64,000 bases of DNA from Methanobacteriota archaeon (GTDB lineage: Archaea; Halobacteriota; Bog-38; Methanoflorentales; Methanoflorentaceae): the NCBI GenBank assembly GCA_963719035.1, contig CAVRAO010000002.1:32001-96000 (forward strand), in the 5' to 3' direction. Positions 53,230 through 63,339 of the stretch are shown here, piece by piece (the stretch's first letter is position 1; each line of letters begins with the position of its first letter). The position numbers and the translations under genes were made by a program. A model generated the notes under the pieces. That model did no database searches. It worked only from the letters and a program-made list of their open reading frames with translations, and was not told where the DNA came from.

Positions 53230-54393
53230 ATGAAACTAACTGTTATAGCACCGTTTCCCAAACTCAAAGATGGGATACCGAGAGTTGCTGAGGAACTGCT
53301 TAAAAGAATAGCAAGTTCAAATCAAATAGACTCTGTTTCGGTAGTAGCTCGCCGAGGCATGGATTTTATCAGTCCATCTCTTTTAGCGAATCAAAAAATT
53401 TCGCTTTTTACTATCGCACGTTTCCTGACGCCTCAGACTATGGTGAGACTTATCAAGCTATACAAGGAAAGTGATGTGGTCCTATTTCTAGCTCCGCCTT
53501 GGGATGTGCTCGATCCGTTAGAGGCCCTGTATTTTTTTCTTCTTCTCATTAAATACGGTTTTTTGCCGCGGTCAAAATGGATTCAAGTGGTACACGATTT
53601 TATCCCATATATTTTTGTAGAGGACGGAACCCAAGGCAGGCGGACGATCAAACTCCTTAACACCTTTCAAAAGCACTTCAGCAATGTCCCAGAACGTTAC
53701 ATAGCGGTCTCGCAATCGACGAAGAAGGACGCGATACGTTTCTGGGGTTTACAAGCGGACCGAGTAGCAGTGATTTACAACGGCCCTTTCGTCGTTCCAA
53801 AAACTCCCAGAGAAGATTTTGGAAGCAAGAAGATCTTGATCGTGTCAGATATCTCTCCGCGCAAAAACCATATCCGGCTGATACAAGCGTTTGAACGGGC
53901 CCAAGAACTATCTCAAAGCCGTTTGGAGTTGGTCGTAGCTGGCCAAACGAGAACGGCAATTCCTGAACTTGACTATATGCTCCGAGACGTTGCTAAGCGG
54001 CGCGAAAATGTCAAAATCACGATGATGGGCTATGTGCCCGACTCTGAGTTGCTGTCACTATTCGCCGAAGCTGATGTCTTTGTTTTCCCCTCGCTCTACG
54101 AAGGGTTTGGTCTCCCTGTGCTCGAAGCAATGGCGTGCGGGTGTCCCGTAATAACCTCGAACGTCTCCTCATTGCCCGAAGTGGTTGGAGATGCGGCCCT
54201 ACTCGTTGATCCCTACAACGTTGAAGCGCTCGCGCAGGCGATGCTCACCGTACTCGAGGACGATGAATTAAAAAAAGAGATGAGCAAAAAAGGCATTGCC
54301 CAAGCGCAGAAGTTTTCGTGGGATAAAGCCGGTGCGGAATTTTTAGCGCTTTGCACAGATGTGGCTAATAAAGAAGGTATAACCACAACTTGA
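53230..54393 (+). CDS. GT4 family glycosyltransferase
   Basis: [20 protein letters not shown]. Confidence 0.92.
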   Translation: MKLTVIAPFPKLKDGIPRVAEELLKRIASSNQIDSVSVVARRGMDFISPSLLANQKISLFTIARFLTPQTMVRLIKLYKESDVVLFLAPPWDVLDPLEALYFFLLLIKYGFLPRSKWIQVVHDFIPYIFVEDGTQGRRTIKLLNTFQKHFSNVPERYIAVSQSTKKDAIRFWGLQADRVAVIYNGPFVVPKTPREDFGSKKILIVSDISPRKNHIRLIQAFERAQELSQSRLELVVAGQTRTAIPELDYMLRDVAKRRENVKITMMGYVPDSELLSLFAEADVFVFPSLYEGFGLPVLEAMACGCPVITSNVSSLPEVVGDAALLVDPYNVEALAQAMLTVLEDDELKKEMSKKGIAQAQKFSWDKAGAEFLALCTDVANKEGITTT

Positions 54394-54480
54394 AAGGACG
54401 GGCATTCTGCGCTTCACACCCGCTCGTACAAAGAACGACTAAAGATTCGGAGCTGCAGCAGGTTAAAAAAGGTGAATTTT

Positions 54481-55575
54481 TTAGATTTCGACGCCACAAG
54501 CTTTGAAAGCGTCAGTTAGAACAGAAACAATGCGCTCGCCTGCGTCGCCATTACCGAATGGATTGTTCCACTTTTGTGGGGCGTTTAGCATAGCTTTTGC
54601 CCCATTAAATATCTGATCGGACTGGGTTCCGACGAGCAAGTTTGAGTGCACGGCTATAGTCTCAGGTCTTTCCGTGTTATCTCTCACAGTAATACATGGC
54701 ACCCCTAGAATGCACGCCTCTTCTTGCACACCGCCTGAATCGGTGATAACAAGCTCGGCATTTGCTTCGAGAAGGAGGAATTCGAGAAATCCAATTGGAG
54801 AAATCGGTGTAATGCCATCTAAAGCAAGATTGAACTCTGCAATACGCTTCTTCGTATGAGGATGCATTGGGAATATTATAGGCACGCCAAACTCATAATG
54901 TAGCTTTGTTAGTCCCTTCAAGATGCCGTGCAAGCGCGCTTTGTTGTCAACATTCTCTCTTCGATGCGCCGTTATCAGAAAATAGTTGCTTTTTTCAATG
55001 CTGAGCTCACTAAGAACGCTCTCTCTTTTTTGTGCGAGTTGCAGGTTTTGGTAAAGAGCATCAACGATTGTGTTGCCTGTTATGGAAATCTTGTTTTCAG
55101 GGATTCCTTCGGCTAAAAGATTTTTCTTTGCTTTTGCAGTTGGAGCAAACAAGAAATCTGAGATATGGTCAGTGAGGATGCGGTTAATTTCTTCCGGCAT
55201 GAACCTATCAAAGCTTCTCAAACCGGCTTCTACATGTCCTACCTCGACGTGTAGCTTCGTTGCAGCAAATGCACCTGCAAAAACAGAGTTTGTATCCCCT
55301 TCTACGAGCACTACGTCCGGCTGTTCTTTCATCAAGACATCTTCTACGCCAACGAGTATCTTTCCAATTTGTTCAGCGTCTGTGCCTGATCCCACCCCAA
55401 GCGAGTAGTCTGGATCACTAAGATTGAGCTCTTCAAAAAACACCTTATCCATTTCGTACGAATAGTGCTGCCCCGTATGGATAATTAAGTCCCTTATTCC
55501 CTGCTTTTTGCATTCCCGGATTATAGGGGCCATCTTTATGATCTCAGGCCTGGTTCCAACTATAAATGTGAACAT
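54481..55575 (-). CDS. wecB: UDP-GlcNAc 2-epimerase (non-hydrolysing)
   Basis: GTRPEIIK, HTGQH, HVEAGLRS, TDSGGVQEEA, TERPE. Confidence 0.95.
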   Translation of the reverse strand: MFTFIVGTRPEIIKMAPIIRECKKQGIRDLIIHTGQHYSYEMDKVFFEELNLSDPDYSLGVGSGTDAEQIGKILVGVEDVLMKEQPDVVLVEGDTNSVFAGAFAATKLHVEVGHVEAGLRSFDRFMPEEINRILTDHISDFLFAPTAKAKKNLLAEGIPENKISITGNTIVDALYQNLQLAQKRESVLSELSIEKSNYFLITAHRRENVDNKARLHGILKGLTKLHYEFGVPIIFPMHPHTKKRIAEFNLALDGITPISPIGFLEFLLLEANAELVITDSGGVQEEACILGVPCITVRDNTERPETIAVHSNLLVGTQSDQIFNGAKAMLNAPQKWNNPFGNGDAGERIVSVLTDAFKACGVEI

Positions 55576-55588
55576 AATGCTATCCTCT

Positions 55589-56611
55589 TCAAATGCAGAC
55601 AACGTTGATTCCTGGGTACCTTTTGCGAATTTCTTCGGCCATATCTATGAAATAGCGCTCTGCATTAGGGAATGAGTCCAATAGGATAAGATGGGCCTCG
55701 GAATCATAAATGTTGAACTCCTCAAACTCACCGTGATACAGCTCTATAACAGTGTGATCTGTGGTGGCGATGCAGTACAAATAAGGAGCCTTGCTACGTG
55801 CTCGTTTTTTTACTGAGGCTCGGCGCAACATCCTAATCCCAAGTATCTCTTTATTCGCTTGCAAGTTGAGATAGGCGTTCTCAACAGCCGGCAGCCATGC
55901 GTCGTTCAAAATAACTTTTTGGGCGCCCATCAGCACACTCATAAGGCCGAGAGTTCCAGGTCCAGCGAGTGCATCAAGCACAACTCGCCCTGCTACAGGA
56001 AGTGTTCCGAGCTTTGCCATTTTTGCCATGTTGTCGTGCTCAATATGAATCTTCGACTGACTTTTGTGCACTAGTATCTGACCGTACGCAGAGGTTACTA
56101 AATCGGCCCGCATATCGCAGCCAGCTGACACGCGACAGGTGTAAGGAGCAGCATCGCGATCCGTTAGACCAATAACCCGCTTCGTATCCCCATAGATAAC
56201 CCCTTTGACTTCGGACACATGTTTAAGAATGAGATCGCTTGCATCAGCGATAATTTGCTGCTTGGTTAACAGAAGAAGGTTCTGGTATCCTATGTGGGGC
56301 GGCGCGTAGGTGGGGACACCTGGACACAATAGTGGTGTGCCCACTTGTCGAAGGGTCAGTGCCGGTCGGCTCTCTTGTCCGCCCGATAGTGAGAGTATAT
56401 GCGCCATGACCGCATCTAGCGGCCTTCTGCCGCAGTTTGTACACCTCAGATCGTCAAAACTTGTGTTGGGCGGGTCAATTTGTGCCCTCTTGTCTAGAAC
56501 TAAGTCATTGCATGATGCGCATTTAGCGTATAACGTGGGTGCTGCTTTAATCGCATACTCTGCAGGGTTTACGCATGACCGACTGCCACAACTAGGACAA
56601 CGCAGTCTCAT
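55589..56611 (-). CDS. Zn-ribbon + SAM-dependent methyltransferase-like protein
   Basis: Three CxxC pairs at the N-terminus; GCDMRADL; VLDALAGPGTLG; LND. Confidence 0.7.
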   Translation of the reverse strand: MRLRCPSCGSRSCVNPAEYAIKAAPTLYAKCASCNDLVLDKRAQIDPPNTSFDDLRCTNCGRRPLDAVMAHILSLSGGQESRPALTLRQVGTPLLCPGVPTYAPPHIGYQNLLLLTKQQIIADASDLILKHVSEVKGVIYGDTKRVIGLTDRDAAPYTCRVSAGCDMRADLVTSAYGQILVHKSQSKIHIEHDNMAKMAKLGTLPVAGRVVLDALAGPGTLGLMSVLMGAQKVILNDAWLPAVENAYLNLQANKEILGIRMLRRASVKKRARSKAPYLYCIATTDHTVIELYHGEFEEFNIYDSEAHLILLDSFPNAERYFIDMAEEIRKRYPGINVVCI

Positions 56612-56850
56612 TGTTCATTTATAGATCTTTTCGATATATAATGCTGAAGCTAACAGCCCGCATTAGAGCGCTCAATATGCATCTCGACATTCGAGCCGGC
56701 CAAAATCAGGGCTTAATGATAGCTAATAACTGTATAACTCTCTTAGAAATAACTCCCTGAAGCTCTAACGGTATTTGTCGAAGCGCGCTTTCGTTATCTC
56801 GCCAAACATTGTATTAGCGAAGCGTACGGCCTACGGTGCTCTGAAAAAAG

Positions 56851-56922
56851 TGGACCGGTCGGGAATTGAACCCGAGGCCTCTACCATGCCAAGGTAGCGA
56901 TCTACCCCTGATCTACCGGCCC
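56851..56922 (-). tRNA. tRNA-Ala(GGC)
   Basis: Reverse complement GGGCCGG...CTACC-TTGGCAT-GGTAG...GGTTCAATT...CCGGTCCA forms a 72-nt cloverleaf. Confidence 0.95.
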
Positions 56923-57053
56923 GTTGATGTTCTTTTTTGTCTACGGTAGGCAAATTAAATAGAGGCAACAGCTCTTTAGACTAAAGACATATAAGTATTG
57001 CTTCGAACGTAAGTCGCGTCGTGCTTCTCGCTGGGCTTAGAATCAGCAGACAA

Positions 57054-57068
57054 GAATTGTTATATATC
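57054..57068 (+). promoter_or_regulatory. Putative BRE/TATA for tRNA-Ile
   Basis: GAATTGTTATATATC ~35-45 nt upstream of the tRNA 5' end. Confidence 0.5.
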
Positions 57069-57102
57069 TCGCTCGCCTATAGGGATTGCGTTGTCAAGGA
57101 AG

Positions 57103-57209
57103 GGGCCCGTAGCTTAGCCAGGTTTGATTCCGTCTATGTCAATTCAGGGCGGAGAATATGCGCACGGCTGATAACCGTGAGGCCAGGCGTTCAAATCGCC
57201 TCGGGCCCA
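57103..57209 (+). tRNA. tRNA-Ile(GAU) with a 32-nt non-canonical intron (57128..57159)
   Basis: Acceptor GGGCCCG/CGGGCCC-A, anticodon arm CACGG-CTGATAA-CCGTG, T arm AGGCG-TTCAAAT-CGCCT; removing the intron restores the D stem GCTT/GAGC. Confidence 0.9.
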
Positions 57210-57682
57210 TCATTTTCAGTGAACGACGATTCTAGCTTGTAAGCTAAGCCTTCACAAACTGCAACGACGCGTTGATCGTCGGTCCGCACAACAATCTTGT
57301 AGAGGGCGGTGGTCTTACCTGAGCTCTCTTCACTAGCTTCTGCAATGAGCTTTGTGCCAATTGTGACTGGTCTTCGGTACGTTATATGGAAAGAAAGAGC
57401 GACCGCTGTCTGGTTGAAAGAATTGCAGGCTGCCGCAAATGCCACGTCTGCTAGGGAAAAAATGAAGCCCCCGTGCGCGACTTCGTTAAAATTTAGCATA
57501 TGCTCGGCAACTGTTACCACAGCTTGTGCGTATCCTCTTTCGATCTTAGCAATTCGAGCCCCCAAGAAGCTCGCGTAGCTGTCGCTTTTTAGCTTTGCTA
57601 GGACGCGAGCAAGTTCATTGTTCGTAGCTTCTGGCGTGAGACCCATCAGAATCAACCCCATATATGACTTTTTTGCCGCCAC
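57191..57682 (-). CDS. PaaI/hotdog-fold thioesterase
   Basis: NFNEVAHGGFIFSLADVAFAAACN. Confidence 0.9.
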   Translation of the reverse strand: MAAKKSYMGLILMGLTPEATNNELARVLAKLKSDSYASFLGARIAKIERGYAQAVVTVAEHMLNFNEVAHGGFIFSLADVAFAAACNSFNQTAVALSFHITYRRPVTIGTKLIAEASEESSGKTTALYKIVVRTDDQRVVAVCEGLAYKLESSFTENDGPEAI

Positions 57683-57794
57683 AACACTTTACGCAGCGCA
57701 GCAACAACTTTTTCGTTAACGTGTGAAACTCGCAAGACTTAAGGTCATATGCTAGCTTAGTTAAAAGATTTTAATTGGACTCTCTGTATAAGCC

Positions 57795-58166
57795 TTAGCT
57801 CGGCATGATTGTCGTAAACGCTTCGTCGATCTTCGCTGCCATTATAAAATCGTTTTCAGATAAACCACCTATATTGTGGGTAGTAAGGCAGATCTTCACA
57901 TAGTTGTACGAGACGAAGATGTCTGGATGGTGTCCCTCCCCCTCTGCCAGTTCTGCCACTTTGTTAATAAAGCGCATTGATTCAACGAAGTCCTTGAATC
58001 TAAAACTTCGCACGATTTTCTTTAACTCGTCGTCCGGCTTCCATTTAGGCACCATTGGCAATAGACCCTGAATTGTCTCAAGATCAAAAGGCTGTGTACC
58101 AACCTCACATGAAACGCAGTGTTTTTCTTTAAGGCTAGAAACGTCGTTTGAGTCAGCGTTGCTCAT
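57795..58166 (-). CDS. Pterin-4a-carbinolamine dehydratase family protein
   Basis: AEGEGHHPDI, THNIGGLSENDFIMAAKID. Confidence 0.92.
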   Translation of the reverse strand: MSNADSNDVSSLKEKHCVSCEVGTQPFDLETIQGLLPMVPKWKPDDELKKIVRSFRFKDFVESMRFINKVAELAEGEGHHPDIFVSYNYVKICLTTHNIGGLSENDFIMAAKIDEAFTTIMPS

Positions 58167-58347
58167 TGTTAAAACCCATTAGTTGTATGCGTCGTAGATT
58201 TTAAGTCTGTTGGAGTGAGCAGCGGAGCTTCTGAATACCGCAAAGAATCTGACTTAGCGATCTAACGTTTATGCTAACGGCTAAGAAAGATAGATTAACT
58301 CGTCTCAATCCTAGCACGAGCCTCGCTCAACGTCGCACGATTTGATA

Positions 58348-58432
58348 TGCGGGGGGTGCGATTCGAACGCACGAACTCCTACGAGAATAGGCCCTGAACC
58401 TATCGCCTTTGACCTGGCTTGGCAACCCCCGC
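58348..58432 (-). tRNA. tRNA-Leu(CAG)
   Basis: Reverse complement GCGGGGG...ATAGG-TTCAGGG-CCTAT, long variable arm, GTTCGAATC; 85 nt. Confidence 0.95.
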
Positions 58433-58497
58433 GCTTTTCGCGGCCGAATATATGATCTATTGCGTGATATTTACGTATTTCTACCGGTTACCTAAGG

Positions 58498-59163
58498 CTA
58501 ACGGATAACGTACGAGTCAATATGTAAAAGGTCGGCAACATAATCTCGCCATCGTTTTTTTGACCCTTTGAAATGCCCGAACTGAACAACCAGGACAAGC
58601 CCAGCTATGAGCGCAATCTTTCTGAATAATGGCATGGAAGTCCATACCACATCTTTGTATGCGTTGAGGTAGAGTAACGCATTTGTCTCTCCCGGGAGCT
58701 TGAACTGCCCATTCTCAGCAAAGGCAACCTGCGTTGTCTCGTATTGCTCAGTAAAGTTGGTACGCTGTTTGCCGCTGTAATCGACCCAGAAATGTATCGG
58801 AGACACCTTGACTGTGTGTGGAATCTGCTTCGCTTCAAGCAAGCTTGCAAGCAAGACGGCTTTTGACTTACAGTCTCCTTGCTGTGCTTTGAGAACGTCG
58901 CTGGGCGTAGGAAGGTACCAAACGACGCCATAGGTCTGAAAATCGTAAGCATAATGAATGTGATTGTCAACGTATTGCTCGATTGCCGTCGCATTTGCAG
59001 GGAGCGAATCTGCCACGAGCCGCACATCATCTGTTGGTCGTGTCGGCATCTCGAACAAGCGGTAGACGTCTAGCGGTAATAGTCCAGGGTTGGGGTAAAG
59101 CATAAACAAAATCCAAAGTATAGCGATTACTTTTTTGTGATTTACAAGTTGACTCACTTTCAT
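58498..59163 (-). CDS. Transglutaminase-like membrane-anchored protein
   Basis: GDCKSKAVLLASLL, HFWVDY; N- and C-terminal hydrophobic segments. Confidence 0.75.
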   Translation of the reverse strand: MKVSQLVNHKKVIAILWILFMLYPNPGLLPLDVYRLFEMPTRPTDDVRLVADSLPANATAIEQYVDNHIHYAYDFQTYGVVWYLPTPSDVLKAQQGDCKSKAVLLASLLEAKQIPHTVKVSPIHFWVDYSGKQRTNFTEQYETTQVAFAENGQFKLPGETNALLYLNAYKDVVWTSMPLFRKIALIAGLVLVVQFGHFKGSKKRWRDYVADLLHIDSYVIR

Positions 59164-59282
59164 GTTTTGGCTGGAAAATACGGCTTAATGCATAATATTC
59201 AGCTGGACACTACTACTTTATGTAAGATGTACAATTTATTCAAAACGATATTCGCTGATCAGTGATCTTAGGCAAAGATACC

Positions 59283-59813
59283 ATGGAAATCATCGTTTTG
59301 AGAATAGGTCATAGAATCGACCGCGATCGACGCGTTACAACGCATGTCGGTCTATGCTCGAGAGCGTTGGGGGCGCAAGGAATGCTTCTTGCTGCGTCTG
59401 ATCAGTCTGTTGTCTCTACGATCCGTGATGTCGTGCAACGCTGGGGCGGGAACTTTTGGATTCGCGACCAAGTAAACTGGAAACATGAGATATCGAAATG
59501 GAAACACGACCGGGGGAGTGTTGTACACCTAACGATGTACGGACAGAATCTGCCAAATGTCATCGATCAACTTGATACCGATAGACTTATGGTCGTTGTA
59601 GGAGCGGAAAAGGTGCCTCCAGATCTGTTCAGGCTTGCGGATTATAACATTGCGATTACAAACCAGCCACACTCGGAAATTGCGGCGTTGAGCATCTTCC
59701 TCGATCGTGTGCAGAACGGCCAAGAGCTCGCGGCAGATTTTTCGGGCAGAATGAGGATAGTCGGTAACATCAACGAGAAGGTAGGTGTTAAGCGTTCTGA
59801 GCCGATCGAATAG
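59283..59813 (+). CDS. trm56: tRNA C56 2'-O-methyltransferase (SPOUT)
   Basis: [37 protein letters not shown]. Confidence 0.95.
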   Translation: MEIIVLRIGHRIDRDRRVTTHVGLCSRALGAQGMLLAASDQSVVSTIRDVVQRWGGNFWIRDQVNWKHEISKWKHDRGSVVHLTMYGQNLPNVIDQLDTDRLMVVVGAEKVPPDLFRLADYNIAITNQPHSEIAALSIFLDRVQNGQELAADFSGRMRIVGNINEKVGVKRSEPIE

Positions 59814-60945
59814 CCCTTTCAGTCCTAGTGACGAATCGCTTCGAGTTTTGGTCGTCGGTTACAACACGAGGCACATCGTCTGCTCCGCAAAACGAGCAGG
59901 GTTTTACGTAGAGTCTGTTAGCCATTATGAAGACAGTGACTTGATTAAATGCGGGGACGTCACACGTTTCATCAGAGATGAATTTCCTGAAGTAATCACA
60001 GACGCTGATTATAGAAGTTTAAAAGCGCTTGTGATGGGCAGCTCTTATGATCACGCGATATTAGGCACTGGATTTGAAACGCTTGATATTCCACGGGTAG
60101 CGGGGAACCCTCCGTCTCTTTCGAGTTTTGTTAATGACAAAGACCGTCTAAGGGACAAGCTTGAAACTTTAGACTATCCCGTCCCCCAGCATTTTGATCT
60201 GGAAGACAACCTGTCGTTTCCTATCATTCTGAAACCTAAACGGGGAGCAGGCGGATTTAGGAACGTTCTTGTTAGAGATATAAAACACTTGCAGAGGAGT
60301 ATTGAGCAGTATCACGAGAACGGTTGGGATGATTTTTTTCTCCAGGAATTTATCCATGGTATTGATGTAAGCGCGTCGGTTTTATCGACCGGAAAGCAAG
60401 CGCTCACAATCGCTATTAACGAACAGCTCATTGGCCTTAAGAACTTAGGACCAATGCAACGATTCAGCTTTTGTGGCAGTGTGACTCCGTTCAGAACAAG
60501 CTTTGCGAGGGAAATCGAAGAAATCTCAAACTCTATTGCGACAGATCTCGGTCTAGTCGGGACGAATGGCATCGATTTTATCATTGGCGCCAACGGTCCA
60601 GTCATAATCGAGGTCAACCCGCGGTTTCAAGCAACGCTCGATACGATAGAAGGGTCACTGGGCATCAATCTCGTGGAGGCGCATATTAAGAGCTGTCAGG
60701 GTGAACTGGTTCCCCGCGCGAGATATAGCAGATTTGCATGCCGCACGGTCTATTTCGCAGAGCACGATTTTTACGTGAAGAAGACCTGCGAAGACCAGAA
60801 TTATATGGACATCCCTCGAAAAGGGACCTTCATAGAACGTGCTAAACCAGTCATATCAGCGATCGGGTATGGTAAGTCGAGAGATTGTGCATTCAATAAT
60901 GCGTCGCATTACATAGAAACCTCAAAAGGATATGTCGGGGGCTGA
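59785..60945 (+). CDS. ATP-grasp domain protein
   Basis: [24 protein letters not shown]. Confidence 0.85.
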   Translation: MLSVLSRSNSPFSPSDESLRVLVVGYNTRHIVCSAKRAGFYVESVSHYEDSDLIKCGDVTRFIRDEFPEVITDADYRSLKALVMGSSYDHAILGTGFETLDIPRVAGNPPSLSSFVNDKDRLRDKLETLDYPVPQHFDLEDNLSFPIILKPKRGAGGFRNVLVRDIKHLQRSIEQYHENGWDDFFLQEFIHGIDVSASVLSTGKQALTIAINEQLIGLKNLGPMQRFSFCGSVTPFRTSFAREIEEISNSIATDLGLVGTNGIDFIIGANGPVIIEVNPRFQATLDTIEGSLGINLVEAHIKSCQGELVPRARYSRFACRTVYFAEHDFYVKKTCEDQNYMDIPRKGTFIERAKPVISAIGYGKSRDCAFNNASHYIETSKGYVGG

Positions 60946-60999
60946 GCGCAGCAACTCGGCGCTTCCCGATGAGCAACGTGTCAGTAGTTATAAGACACT

Positions 61000-61515
61000 T
61001 TGAAACCAAAAAATAGTATGATGGTTACAGATGTCGCAATTCGGGGCTATTTGAAGAATCTCGTCGGGGACGACGGCTTAGAAATGATAGAACGTGCTTC
61101 CATAAATGAGCTGACCGACGAGAAAATCGCAGCAGAGACAGATGCGAACCTCAACACGGTGAGGCGTACTCTATATATACTGTATGAAAATCGCTTAGCT
61201 AACTACCGACGTGAAAGGGACAAGGACAGCGGGTGGCTCACCTATCTCTGGAAAGTGGACCTAAGCGATGTTGAGCGTAATGTGGAAGAAGAAGCGCAAA
61301 AGCTTATTCGAAGGCTTGAAACCCGGTTGGATTTTGAAGGGCAAAACGTTTGCTATGCGTGCGGAAACGGCTGTGCTCGTTTTCCATTTGAGAATGCAAG
61401 CGATTATGGCTTCGTCTGCCCTGTGTGCCAGGGCGGGCTTGACTATCAGGACAGTTCAATTTTGGTCGAAGCCATGAGACAAAAACTGGAAGAACTAAGA
61501 ATTGCCTTCGAATAA
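61000..61515 (+). CDS. tfe: Transcription factor E (alpha)
   Basis: LNTVRRTLY.LYE, GWLTYLW, Zn ribbon CGNGC/CPVC. Confidence 0.93.
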   Translation: MKPKNSMMVTDVAIRGYLKNLVGDDGLEMIERASINELTDEKIAAETDANLNTVRRTLYILYENRLANYRRERDKDSGWLTYLWKVDLSDVERNVEEEAQKLIRRLETRLDFEGQNVCYACGNGCARFPFENASDYGFVCPVCQGGLDYQDSSILVEAMRQKLEELRIAFE

Positions 61516-62050
61516 CCTCCCATCAGACCAAGAAGCGTTACAGCTTCTCGCGAATAGTGGCTGCAGCGACAAACTCATCAAACACGTGAAAGCTGTCTCT
61601 CAATACGCAGTGGAAGTAGCGAAACTGAGAGGAGACGCCGACATCGCGCTCGTCCGAATAGGTGGACTTTTACACGATATTGGGAGGTGTAAAACGAACA
61701 GCATCAAACACGGTGTTGCTGGTGGACAGCTTCTTCGCAGCTATGGAGTAGATGAACGTATCGCCCAAATAGCAGAGAAACACGTTGGAGCGGGGATAAC
61801 CGCGGAAGAAGCCACAAGGTTGTGTTTCCCGCCAGGAGATTACATGCCGCAAACGGTCGAACAGAAGATCGTAGCGGCTGTCGATAATCTAATTGAAGGT
61901 ACACGAAGAATAAGCGTAGAGAAAGCCGAAGCAGATTTCTGTGCTAAGGTCGAGCTACAAGCGGCACTTCGAGTAAGAAGCCTTCACGACGAAGTTTTTA
62001 GCAGTAACGATCGGTTTTCGAACCGACGCGTGGAAAGTAACGGTCAATGA
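61502..62050 (+). CDS. HD-domain phosphohydrolase
   Basis: H...LLHDIG, HG, HVGAG, KIVAAVDN. Confidence 0.9.
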   Translation: MPSNNLPSDQEALQLLANSGCSDKLIKHVKAVSQYAVEVAKLRGDADIALVRIGGLLHDIGRCKTNSIKHGVAGGQLLRSYGVDERIAQIAEKHVGAGITAEEATRLCFPPGDYMPQTVEQKIVAAVDNLIEGTRRISVEKAEADFCAKVELQAALRVRSLHDEVFSSNDRFSNRRVESNGQ

Positions 62051-62793
62051 GAACGCTTCACCTTATGCAACTCGTCTGCGGACAAGCAAACAAGGTGGGC
62101 CCGTCCTTTGGGGCGATGTTGCATAATGACCTTGGTGGACTACATGTTGTTTTTTCTCTTGAGCTCTCGAAATGGATCTCTATAACGGTATCTGGCCCCG
62201 ATGAGGAGCTTGCTGCAGACCTGCTCACGAGGAAATATGGTACGTTGCACAACGTTCGACGGGGTGAAATTGTCCGCGCTTGGCTTTCGGCGATCAATGA
62301 TACAGACCTTGCCCTCGATGCTGGCGGGAAACGTGTTTTGGTGCACCAAAGCAAGCTCAAACAGTTGGGGCGGGGCACTGCTCTACAAGTTGCATCGAGA
62401 TTCGGTTTAATTCGATGTTTGCCACTTGAGGTGAGACTCGTCGAAGAAAATGATGCAGAGCTAACGAAAAACCAGATCGACACACTTTGGCGGTGGAAAA
62501 AAGGTACTGACCGGATAAACGTGAACAATGCGACTCGCGCACAGATTCATACAGTGCTTAAACGTAGCGGTCACGCTCGAGATGTCTACGCAATCGAGAG
62601 GCTTGGGATCTTGGAGCATTCTATAGTGTGTAAACACGGAACAGACGCCCCAGGTCTTGTCCCCATAATAGGTCCTTTCTTAGAATCGGAGCTGGGCTGC
62701 ATTAGGGGAGACATCACTTCGGGTAGCTCATCCTTTTTTCGAGGGTCGCCCTGTCAGCTTTCGTTTAAAAAATTGAAACGCCCTTTACGCTAG
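62047..62793 (+). CDS. DUF2110 family protein
   Basis: GHARD..IERLGILEH.IVC..TDAPG; near tfe. Confidence 0.75.
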   Translation: MRTLHLMQLVCGQANKVGPSFGAMLHNDLGGLHVVFSLELSKWISITVSGPDEELAADLLTRKYGTLHNVRRGEIVRAWLSAINDTDLALDAGGKRVLVHQSKLKQLGRGTALQVASRFGLIRCLPLEVRLVEENDAELTKNQIDTLWRWKKGTDRINVNNATRAQIHTVLKRSGHARDVYAIERLGILEHSIVCKHGTDAPGLVPIIGPFLESELGCIRGDITSGSSSFFRGSPCQLSFKKLKRPLR

Positions 62794-63268
62794 CAAGACG
62801 TAACACCTTATCAATAAGCGCGCTAGGAATGCGCGTATCGCAGATTATCGTTAGTTTTGGGTCTTCAATGAAGTAAGAGTCGTCAGTCACAGCTTGCCTC
62901 ACGCTCATGCCGTGTTCTGCTATAGTCTGTGTAACTTCCTCTATAATGCCGATTTGTGAAGCGTCTCGAGGCGTAATGATTATGACGCCAAGTCCTAAAA
63001 CGGGTGCGACGTCGCGGAGAAAAACGAACGTCTTTATGTTTGAAAAAAAGTTCTTGAGCATTTCGTCGCTCAGAATTGTAGCAGTCGTCTCATCGACTGC
63101 ACGTCGATCTACTTTAGCCTCTCGTGCAATCTCTGTGTCAGGGATTCGAATGGAACCTGAGATAACCGATCCAGCGCTATTAACTTGAAATCCGTGCTCA
63201 AGCAAAACCTCTGCGACACGCTCTTGAGCTGGAAATTTGGAAAACCGGGCGAGAACTTCACTCCACAT
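62765..63268 (-). CDS. ACT-domain amino-acid-binding regulator (COG2150-like)
   Basis: FPAQ, VDRRAVD, C-terminal ACT fold. Confidence 0.8.
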   Translation of the reverse strand: MWSEVLARFSKFPAQERVAEVLLEHGFQVNSAGSVISGSIRIPDTEIAREAKVDRRAVDETTATILSDEMLKNFFSNIKTFVFLRDVAPVLGLGVIIITPRDASQIGIIEEVTQTIAEHGMSVRQAVTDDSYFIEDPKLTIICDTRIPSALIDKVLRLASVKGVSIF

Positions 63269-63339
63269 GCTTGTCGGTTTTGTAAAGGTTTTTAGTGTGT
63301 ATATTCATGAATGTTACATACAAGAAGTTTGTGCACACC

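Noticed and set aside
57209-58348. Integrated element between tRNA-Ile and tRNA-Leu
   Set aside because: No integrase and no att duplication; only two small enzyme genes
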